From an uncultured Oligoflexus sp. (GTDB lineage Bacteria > Bdellovibrionota_B > Oligoflexia > Oligoflexales > Oligoflexaceae): a stretch of 19,680 nt of DNA. The DNA lies in NCBI GenBank assembly GCA_964236955.1, contig CAXSGP010000089.1, positions 1-19,680 of the forward strand, written 5' to 3'. The number at the start of each line of letters is the position of its first letter. Position 1 is the first letter of the stretch. Both the position numbers and the translations under genes were made by a program. Under the pieces are notes generated by a model that saw nothing but the letters and a program-made list of their open reading frames with translations, was not told the origin of the DNA and ran no database searches. This document shows, piece after piece, positions 1 through 7,320 of the stretch.

Positions 1-37
1 AAATACGAGTTTGCCTGTACTTTTCAATCACTTATCT

Positions 38-54
38 CAAACGTCAACAGCCCC
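38..54 (-). repeat. 17-bp repeat arm CAAACGTCAACAGCCCC, probable terminus of a MITE/IS-derived or REP-like element
   Basis: Exact reverse complement of 19631-19647 (GGGGCTGTTGACGTTTG); intergenic, at the window edge. Confidence 0.7.
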
Positions 55-180
55 CAATAATAAAAGTTAAATGTGCTGAAATCGAAAAGCATTATCAAGA
101 ACGATTCCCAAAAAACTGGGCTGGCGAGGTCACCACTATTGCCAAAGACGAAAGCTTAAAAACAAAACTAAAGGATGCGA

Positions 181-1131
181 TCAAAGATTACCTGGAAAGC
201 CGCTAATTGCTATCGAAAACTGCTTAAAGTTTGAGACTGGCAATGCGCCTTCGACCGTGGTAACCGACGGAGTACGGAAGGTGATGACATTGAGGCTTAC
301 GCTGTAAACGATTCCTGATGTGTTAAGGCAAGCTAGGTCTTTACAGTTTAAAAAGGTCCCTGCGTCCTCAGAACTAGCGTCCGTAGATTTTTTGAAATAA
401 TCCTGGGCTACACCTACAAAGGATACCTTGCCTTTGGCTTTTGAAGACTGGCTAGGCTCAAGCTTAAACTTTAAAGTCGGGGTGATAGCCGAGCTTTTAT
501 TCTCGTCGGCAGCGAAAGCGTCGGAGAGTGCCACCAAAAATTCGGAATAAGGTTTACCAAAAATCAAAAGATCTTTCTTTTCGATTTCTGCCCAGGCGGA
601 AAATGTCTTGGTGAGATCTAAAAGAGCATCGCCGTAGATCGGCAAAAGATATTTTTCGGAATTTAGAACAGAGTCGAGATCTTCAGAGACTTTCTCATTG
701 TCCCTTGTGATCCTGTCCACCAAGACGGTAAAAAGACCCGATTGAGAGTCGAACTTAAGAGTCACGAGAGCTGAAAGTTCGATGCTCTGATCACCCTTCA
801 AAAGGTCAAAGGTAAACTTATAGAGTATGCGGCTATCGCCAACATCGACTCCACCGCCACATTTTTTCTTTTCGGAAAAAGCCTGAGGCTTAAATTCTAC
901 ATCTGGCAAATAACGCTTTTGATAATCAGAGAAAAAGTCAGAAATATTATCGCAAAAAGTATCAACCGAGCTATCAGCGACGCTCGTAAGCTTAAAGCTG
1001 TCGATCGACCTTGCATGCGGCTCTGCGATAGGCAGCTTGTCATCATGATGGTCGCTGTTTCTATGCCCGCATGATCCCAGAAGGATAAAAGAAGAAACGG
1101 CGAGGATATTCAAAAGGTTTTTGTAAAACAT
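181..1131 (-). CDS. Hypothetical lipoprotein (316 aa)
   Basis: ATG with GAGG Shine-Dalgarno; N-terminus MFYKNLLNILAVSSFILLGSC has a basic residue, hydrophobic stretch and lipobox LGS-C; no domain recognised. Confidence 0.75.
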   Translation of the reverse strand: MFYKNLLNILAVSSFILLGSCGHRNSDHHDDKLPIAEPHARSIDSFKLTSVADSSVDTFCDNISDFFSDYQKRYLPDVEFKPQAFSEKKKCGGGVDVGDSRILYKFTFDLLKGDQSIELSALVTLKFDSQSGLFTVLVDRITRDNEKVSEDLDSVLNSEKYLLPIYGDALLDLTKTFSAWAEIEKKDLLIFGKPYSEFLVALSDAFAADENKSSAITPTLKFKLEPSQSSKAKGKVSFVGVAQDYFKKSTDASSEDAGTFLNCKDLACLNTSGIVYSVSLNVITFRTPSVTTVEGALPVSNFKQFSIAISGFPGNL

Positions 1132-1258
1132 AGGAGCCTCTTTACATGATCAAAATTGCGCCGGGACTTACCCGATGGAGCACAGATTGGATAGCTATTA
1201 GATGGAGAGCGGCATGTCAGTAGGGGAGTTCTTGGCCTCCATTGGCACTCCCAGAGCC

Positions 1259-1663
1259 CTAAGGCTCTTTCTCCGACAAAAGGGCAATTATGGGCCGGAT
1301 CACCCCGAGCGGTAGCTCAGGGTCGATATCAGCAAGGACAAAGGCATCTGTACCCTCAAGCCCATTGATCAGATCCTTCGGAATTTTTCCCTGAAAGCTC
1401 AGAACCCAGCTTTCTGTCGCTTTAAGGAGTTCAACGAGGGACTTTTGAACAGAGCCGTTGAGATAGGGGTCAAGATTGAACAACATGCAGCCTGGGGCAT
1501 AAATACTGACGATCTCCCTCCAGCTGGCTATAAGCTCTGGGAGTTCAGGGTCTTCGGTGCCAATCTTTTTCAGAGTCCCATCAATCAAATAGACCGACAA
1601 CTCAATCGCGCTATCTCGAAATCTTAGGGTTTTACCCCGGCCTTCGAAGTATGAATGCCCCAT
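1259..1663 (-). CDS. Putative immunity protein (134 aa) of the upstream toxin
   Basis: Starts 10 nt after the toxin stop (TAA AGGGGAAAGT ATG, with SD); small soluble protein with no signal peptide; function inferred from position. Confidence 0.65.
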   Translation of the reverse strand: MGHSYFEGRGKTLRFRDSAIELSVYLIDGTLKKIGTEDPELPELIASWREIVSIYAPGCMLFNLDPYLNGSVQKSLVELLKATESWVLSFQGKIPKDLINGLEGTDAFVLADIDPELPLGVIRPIIALLSEKEP

Positions 1664-1673
1664 ACTTTCCCCT

Positions 1674-2858
1674 TTATTTCAATATAATTAATGGTTTAGT
1701 GTATTTGTAGCCTTCACTTAGTAGCAACTCAAGCTTGGCAATTTGCTCGGCGTTCATGCCAAGAGTATCGACCACTATAAGTTTTGAAGACTGGATCTCT
1801 TCACGTATCACCGAAGCGGCGAGCCCTTCTACCATCTTATCTCGGATAACAAGCGGTAAACCAGTTTTACTGTCGTATAAGGGGCCTTTGAGATCCATCG
1901 GCCCGTAGCTCGGGTCGATAAAATCGAAGGCTGGGTCTACCGACCGAATGAGCCTCCGTCCGGTAGCCATCTCATAGCGGACACCCCCAATACCTTCCGC
2001 AAGATTATGAGTATGCTTTGCGTGTTCGAAAGAAAGTTCGAGTATGCGCTTCCTAAACTCGATGATCTTCAAAAGCCTCCCATGAATTTCCGATAATTTC
2101 ATGGCATCTTCACTAACAACGGAAGTAGGCTTGAGAACATCCAAGAATTCGTCGGGAGTAAACCCACGCTCTAAGAAGGGGGCAAGTTCATCGATCGAAT
2201 TAAAGCCCACCATCTTCGACATCTCAAAGACTGATCGCATCTCAGACAGAGATATCGTGGCAACTTTCCTCGCCATAGCCAAAAGGTCAGGAATTGCCCT
2301 AATAGCCTTGATGCCCATGAAGACGTCCACTATCGAGCCCGCAACCTTTCCTGCAATTTGCCCGCAATCGACCAAATCATCACCGCAGTGCTTCAAAGCC
2401 TCAAAATTGTCAAAGGCAGCCTGGCGAATCAAAGCTCCCGTTTTTCTGTATTCATAGACGGCCCTTGCAAGTGCTTTTCCAGTTTCAACAGGACTTGTGG
2501 CAGCTTCATAGGCACCTGTAACGGTATCAAAGCCCCACTGCGTTATCCCTGTTGTGGTCCCCTCAATAAAGTCCACCACGCCCCAGGCGTCATCAATCGC
2601 CAAAAGAAACCCGTCTCTGCCTGTCTTTTCATTCATCGCATAAAGCGCACGCTCGATCGAAAGGGCCGCGTGAAGGCGAAGCGTTGAGTAGTCAAGCCGC
2701 ATCGAATATTTTGCGAGCATGTTTGCTACACTTACAAATTCATAGCCTTCAAAGCTATCAGCTGTCACGTGCGCGCCAAACAGATCCTCTGAGCCTTTCG
2801 ACGTCTGATACTTTTTATATGTTTCCACACGCACGTTGTGGTTCACATAGTCAAGCAC
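1674..2858 (-). CDS. Polymorphic toxin, C-terminal portion: Gly/Ala-rich helical pre-toxin-like region plus PD-(D/E)xK nuclease/tRNase-like domain
   Basis: C-terminal ~130 aa (AEGIGGVRYEMATGRRLIRSVDPAFDFIDPSYGPMDLKGP...LIVVDTLGMNAEQIAKL...PLIILK) follow the E-x5-E-x3-G-x2-L-x-R...DF...D...VD...IILK pattern recalled for Burkholderia CdiA-CT tRNase domains; frame is open from 2903; GTG start at 2858 is uncertain. Confidence 0.65.
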   Translation of the reverse strand: MLDYVNHNVRVETYKKYQTSKGSEDLFGAHVTADSFEGYEFVSVANMLAKYSMRLDYSTLRLHAALSIERALYAMNEKTGRDGFLLAIDDAWGVVDFIEGTTTGITQWGFDTVTGAYEAATSPVETGKALARAVYEYRKTGALIRQAAFDNFEALKHCGDDLVDCGQIAGKVAGSIVDVFMGIKAIRAIPDLLAMARKVATISLSEMRSVFEMSKMVGFNSIDELAPFLERGFTPDEFLDVLKPTSVVSEDAMKLSEIHGRLLKIIEFRKRILELSFEHAKHTHNLAEGIGGVRYEMATGRRLIRSVDPAFDFIDPSYGPMDLKGPLYDSKTGLPLVIRDKMVEGLAASVIREEIQSSKLIVVDTLGMNAEQIAKLELLLSEGYKYTKPLIILK

Positions 2859-2887
2859 AACCCTTGCGCGATTTAAAAAGCGAAGGC

Positions 2888-3178
2888 CTAATCCGAGTAG
2901 TCGTCAAATAGTTTCTGGCTGTCGCTTGAAAGGCTTGTGGCGAAAGAATCGAGCGTAATCAGACATTCACCAGCAAAGAGAGCACCGTCAGTATTCGATG
3001 GCTTATTGTCAAGGGTTTGGATCGGACCATGACCCTCATAGACTAACTCCTTTTTCGAGGAACCATTTTCCATTCGTTGAAATGATTGCTCAGCCCCTTC
3101 GCCAAAGCTCAGACCGAAATTTAAACGTCCGCCATTACACTGGTAGCTGTAGGTCAAAGAATATTTATAAAAGAAAAG
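2888..3178 (-). pseudogene. Detached N-terminal fragment of the toxin gene (frameshift near 2890)
   Basis: Frame open 3178-2888 ends ...DDYSD-TAG and overlaps the toxin frame (open from 2903); one added T (GATTAGGC to GATTTAGGC) fuses them as ...YSDLGLRFLNRARVVLDY; no strong start in this frame. Confidence 0.5.
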
Positions 3179-3257
3179 TTAAGTCCATCATGTCTTGAGA
3201 CAGATGGACTCTCTTGTTATGGAGTCGTCTGCCACACTAAAACCGTCCAAGATTAAA

Positions 3258-4760
3258 TCAAGAATGATTCTTCGCCCAGCCCGCCGAATGTTTGACAGCA
3301 GCCTGCCAGGTCTTGTAGAGACGGGTGCTTTCGGCCTCGGGCATCGTCGGCAAGTAACTCACCTCCTTTTGCCAAAGCTGTTTAATCTGCTCGATATTTT
3401 CAAAGAATCCGCAGGCAAGCCCGGCGAAATAAGCCACCCCCATGGCGGTGAGTTCCAGGCACTGCGGCTTGACCACAGTGGCCTTCAAAAGGTCCGCTTG
3501 AAACTGCATAAGCTGGGAATTGATCGAGGCACCCCCATCAACGCGAAGTTCTTTAATGGGGATTTTGGCATCTTCACGCATGGCATCGATAATATCGCGC
3601 GTTTGAAAGGCGATCGCCTGCAGAGCGGCCAGTGCGATGTGTTCTTTTTTCGTGCCACGGGTGAGGCCAATGATAGTGCCTCGGGCATAGGGATCCCAAT
3701 AGGGAGCACCAAGACCGGTAAAGGCCGGTACGAAATAGACGCCACCGTTATCGGGCGCCTTGCGGGCAAGGGCTTCGATATCGCCACTTTTTTCTATCAT
3801 GCCCAGACCATCACGCAGCCACTGCACGATAGCGCCTCCCATGAAGATGGAGCCTTCGAGGGCATAGGTCACATCCTTACCCAACTTCCAGGCGACAGTC
3901 GTGATCAGCTTTTTGTGCGAAAGAATGGGCTCTTTGCCAATGTTAAGCATGAGAAAGCAACCGGTTCCATAGGTGTTTTTGATCATGCCGGGCTCGATAC
4001 AAAGCTGACCAAAAAGGGCCGCATGCTGATCCCCCGCCACGCCGGCGATCGGTGCAGCAAAACCAAACTTCGAGGCCTCGACCTGCCCATACACTTCACT
4101 GCAGGACCTGACTTCAGGGAGAAGGGATTTTGGAATATCAAAGGTCTTGAGCAGATCTTCATCCCACTGACCTGTGTGTATATTAAAAAGCATGGTGCGA
4201 CTCGCATTGGTCATGTCGGTGGCATGCACCCGACCATCGGTCAGGTTCCAGATGAGCCAGGCATCGACATTGCCGAAGGCAAGTTCACCTTTATTGGCCC
4301 GCTCGCGGGCGCCGGGAACATTATCGAGCAGCCAAAGAATTTTGGATGCAGAGAAATAAGCGTCGATCACCAGACCAGTCTTTTGCTGGATATGTTCGGA
4401 GAGGCCACGTTTTTTCCACTCCTCACATCGAGCCGCTGTACGTCTATCCTGCCAGACAATGGCGTTGGCTATGGGTTTGCCCGTTTTTCTGTCCCACAAA
4501 ATTGTCGTTTCGCGTTGATTGGTAATACCGATCGCCGTGATCTCATCGCCCTTGGGTAGCTTCTCCACGAGCTTTTTTAGGACATTGAATTGACTGGCCC
4601 AAATTTCATTGGCATCATGTTCCACCCAACCCGGTTGCGGATAGATCTGCTGAAATTCCTCTTGTGCCAAACCAGTGATCTGGCCATTTGGATCAATAAT
4701 GAGAGCCCGCGAACTTGTGGTTCCTTGATCCAAAGCTAGAATATAGCGCTGCTTCGTCAT
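3258..4760 (-). CDS. glpK: Glycerol kinase
   Basis: 500 aa; DQGTTSSR, GWVEHD, TNQRETT, WQDRRT, YFSASK, TNASRT, GDQHAALFGQ, KNTYGTGCF, FTGLGAPYW, DGGA motifs; AAGGAG SD. Confidence 0.97.
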   Translation of the reverse strand: MTKQRYILALDQGTTSSRALIIDPNGQITGLAQEEFQQIYPQPGWVEHDANEIWASQFNVLKKLVEKLPKGDEITAIGITNQRETTILWDRKTGKPIANAIVWQDRRTAARCEEWKKRGLSEHIQQKTGLVIDAYFSASKILWLLDNVPGARERANKGELAFGNVDAWLIWNLTDGRVHATDMTNASRTMLFNIHTGQWDEDLLKTFDIPKSLLPEVRSCSEVYGQVEASKFGFAAPIAGVAGDQHAALFGQLCIEPGMIKNTYGTGCFLMLNIGKEPILSHKKLITTVAWKLGKDVTYALEGSIFMGGAIVQWLRDGLGMIEKSGDIEALARKAPDNGGVYFVPAFTGLGAPYWDPYARGTIIGLTRGTKKEHIALAALQAIAFQTRDIIDAMREDAKIPIKELRVDGGASINSQLMQFQADLLKATVVKPQCLELTAMGVAYFAGLACGFFENIEQIKQLWQKEVSYLPTMPEAESTRLYKTWQAAVKHSAGWAKNHS

Positions 4761-4841
4761 GAACGGCTCCTTGATTGGTGAAAGAGTTTCCCCATTTTAT
4801 CGACTCAATAAACTTTTCTAAGCAAATTTTATCTCAGGCGC

Positions 4842-5555
4842 TTAAGGGAAATGCAGCAGAGTTTCCACACGGCTGTGCGGCGCCGGCGGATCGGGAGCGT
4901 AAAGTGTTTTGCGCCAATACATGAGTGCCTCCGGAAAGCGTTCCGCCATTGCATTGAGATTGATGAGCTCATTTTCAAACGAGGCCACCACGTCACCCAA
5001 CGAGGCGATTTGCTCGAGCGCGCCCACCTTAAAATGATGATCGCTCATGCTAAACTCCGCTTTGAGCATGACGTGGGTTCGGGGGGGATGCATGGGAAAA
5101 CCGAGGCTCTTTAACGATTCGATCGTTCCCTGATACATACCCATATGATCGCGCGCCGTTAGGTAGACGATATGGGCGCCAAGTTCCTCGCAGTGCTTCA
5201 CAAAAGATTGTGCCCGTGGAAACGCCCGGTCTTGAATGAGATAGGGATAGGTGAAATAGTGCTTCAACCAGAACTGGAACAAGGCGTCGCCAAAATCGGC
5301 ACGGCTTACCTTGATGAGTTTGAGGTTATCAGCCACGCGGTAGCAAAGGTTCTGCCAATTGAAAGCAAGTAGCTTTTCACTTTCGTCCGGCCATCGCTCC
5401 TGAACCTCAGGTTGTGCCGCAAAAGCCTTAAAAACCAATGACTTCCGATAGCGGCAGTCGATGAGGGTATCGTCCACATCAAAGACGGCGAGAGGTCTGA
5501 GGTTTTTGGCCAGAAGGGGTTTGATGCGAGCTTCGATGCTTTCAAATATAAGCAT
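4842..5555 (-). CDS. HAD-superfamily hydrolase/phosphatase (237 aa from the likely ATG at 5555)
   Basis: Motif I FDVDDT, motif II YLTAR, Lys in HFK, acidic motif FENE; ATG at 5555 overlaps the upstream ABC gene end by 14 nt. Confidence 0.8.
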   Translation of the reverse strand: MLIFESIEARIKPLLAKNLRPLAVFDVDDTLIDCRYRKSLVFKAFAAQPEVQERWPDESEKLLAFNWQNLCYRVADNLKLIKVSRADFGDALFQFWLKHYFTYPYLIQDRAFPRAQSFVKHCEELGAHIVYLTARDHMGMYQGTIESLKSLGFPMHPPRTHVMLKAEFSMSDHHFKVGALEQIASLGDVVASFENELINLNAMAERFPEALMYWRKTLYAPDPPAPHSRVETLLHFP

Positions 5556-7320
5556 TGGCGATTTGTCTCCGAACGAGTTCAGCATAGTGGCCACCTTTTT
5601 CAAGCAGTTCTTCGTGCGGCCCTTCCTCGAGCATGCTGCCCTTATGAAACACCAGGATCCGATCACAGTGCCGTATCGTGCTCAGGCGATGGGCTATGAT
5701 AAAGCAGGTACGGCCGTGGAGCAGCTCCACGATAGCTTTTTGAATGAGGGCTTCGCAAGGTTCATCAACATGAGCCGTAGCCTCGTCAAGAATCAGGACC
5801 CTGGGGTTGCGAACCAGCATACGAGTCAGAGCGACGAGTTGCCGCTCACCCATGCTGAGGTTGGTCCCTCCATCATTAAGCAGGGAATCAAGGCCGTGGG
5901 GTAATTTCGCCATAAGTTGATCGAGGCCTGTTTTTGCACAGGCCTCAAGCAGGATCCCATCGGTCATCATAGCGGTCTCGGGAAGCGTCACGAGGAGGTT
6001 ATCACGCAGGCTACCATAAAAAATTACGACATCCTGTGATACGACTCCAATCTGCCTCCGGATGGCCTGTCGATCCCAGCTTTTGATCGAGACGCCATCG
6101 ATAAGGATGTCGCCCGACTGGATCGGATAGAGCTGCGGGATCAGATGCAGAGTTGTTGACTTTCCCGAGCCGGTTTTTCCGACCAGACCGATGCTCATTC
6201 CTGGCTTTATATGAAAGCTGAGGTTCTTTAGGACGAGGTGACCGGGGTTATAGCCCATCGAAACATTTCTGTACTCGACCTCACCCTTTAGCGGTTGCTG
6301 GTAGCTGCCACCCACACCGAGAGTCTGGTCTTCTTCGGGCTCCTCAAGCATTTTGCGGACGCGTTCGCTTGAAGCCATGGCATCCTGAATGAGATGCAAT
6401 TCAAATGAAAGCTGCATGATGGGCCGAAAATAGCGTTCGGTATAGCGGATGAATGCCACGAAGAGACTGAGGCTGATTCCACCGTCGAGACTCAGATGTC
6501 CCCCCCACCACAGTATGGCGACAATAGGTAAGGCGCAGAGGAAGGCCGACAGTGGGCGAATGAAAGAATTCCAGTTCATCATTTTAAAGGCTGTCTTGAG
6601 AAGGTCCTGAGAGCTGCCTCGAAAACTGTCAGAACTCCATTGCTCGAGACCAAAGATACGGATGACGGACAGCCCATTGATGAATTCGGCCAGTTTAGAA
6701 TTTAGGGCCGCTGATTTTTTCTTGTACTCCCGGGTCCAAAAGCGCAGAGGACGCCGGACTGCGAGAGTGAGCAGAGCCGATGGGATGCTGGCGGCTGCGA
6801 TCCAGGAGCCGATTGTAAAGTCGGTGAGAAGCATAGCGACGATCACGGAAAAAATGATCAGGGTCGCGGTAAGGATGCGGGGCAGTGTGCCACTAAAAAA
6901 CGATTCCACCCCTTCAACATCGGCGGTGAGCCTGGTGAGGGTACGGCCCAGAGGTTGATGATCGAAATAGGCGATCGGCAGCACCGTCAGTTTTTTGAAC
7001 AAAGCCTGACGGACCTCAAAGGCAACTCTGTTCGTCACCGAGGCCAGACCGATGCGGCCGCGATAGGTGACCCAGACGTTAAGCACTTCAAAGCAGAGAA
7101 TGAGGGCGACGAGGCGATAGATTTCGACATGTTCGGACGGTCGGGTCAGAGCTTCCGCCAAGGCTCCCATGTTTTTCGCCGAAAGCATCAGAAACACCGA
7201 GGAGAGCACGACGAGCGCTATGCTGGCAATCAAGCGGCGATAGATGCCCTTGCCATAGCGAAAGAGGGCGAGTAAGGCCCTTATATCTCCCTGATGTTCG
7301 ATCGTATCATGATGTTGCAA
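5542..7320 (-). CDS. ABC exporter, fused permease/ATPase subunit (MdlB/BmrD-like half of a heterodimer)
   Basis: N-terminal TM domain; Walker A GKTGSGKS, degenerate signature LSMGERQ, Walker B LILDEAT, H-loop IAHRLS; likely TTG start at 7320 after GGGGG (ORF track starts at 7401). Confidence 0.9.
   Translation of the reverse strand: MQHHDTIEHQGDIRALLALFRYGKGIYRRLIASIALVVLSSVFLMLSAKNMGALAEALTRPSEHVEIYRLVALILCFEVLNVWVTYRGRIGLASVTNRVAFEVRQALFKKLTVLPIAYFDHQPLGRTLTRLTADVEGVESFFSGTLPRILTATLIIFSVIVAMLLTDFTIGSWIAAASIPSALLTLAVRRPLRFWTREYKKKSAALNSKLAEFINGLSVIRIFGLEQWSSDSFRGSSQDLLKTAFKMMNWNSFIRPLSAFLCALPIVAILWWGGHLSLDGGISLSLFVAFIRYTERYFRPIMQLSFELHLIQDAMASSERVRKMLEEPEEDQTLGVGGSYQQPLKGEVEYRNVSMGYNPGHLVLKNLSFHIKPGMSIGLVGKTGSGKSTTLHLIPQLYPIQSGDILIDGVSIKSWDRQAIRRQIGVVSQDVVIFYGSLRDNLLVTLPETAMMTDGILLEACAKTGLDQLMAKLPHGLDSLLNDGGTNLSMGERQLVALTRMLVRNPRVLILDEATAHVDEPCEALIQKAIVELLHGRTCFIIAHRLSTIRHCDRILVFHKGSMLEEGPHEELLEKGGHYAELVRRQIANAYI

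Noticed and set aside
22..34. TTTCAATCACTTA resembling motifs seen at ends of tyrosine-recombinase elements
   Set aside because: Single short copy, no partner site or recombinase in the window
1174..1207. GATGGAG direct repeat upstream of the lipoprotein gene
   Set aside because: Only two 7-bp copies; not distinguishable from chance
1223..1252. GGGAGT...ACTCCC hairpin after the immunity gene as a terminator
   Set aside because: 6-bp stem, long loop and no U-tract
3195..4559. 454-aa plus-strand ORF
   Set aside because: Lies antisense to glpK, has no recognisable motifs; typical shadow ORF
5556..5666. N-terminal extensions given by the ORF track for the HAD gene (and similarly 7321-7401, 10071-10112, 10939-10983, 18015-18059)
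   Set aside because: They overlap neighbouring genes or precede better starts with SD sequences or coupling overlaps
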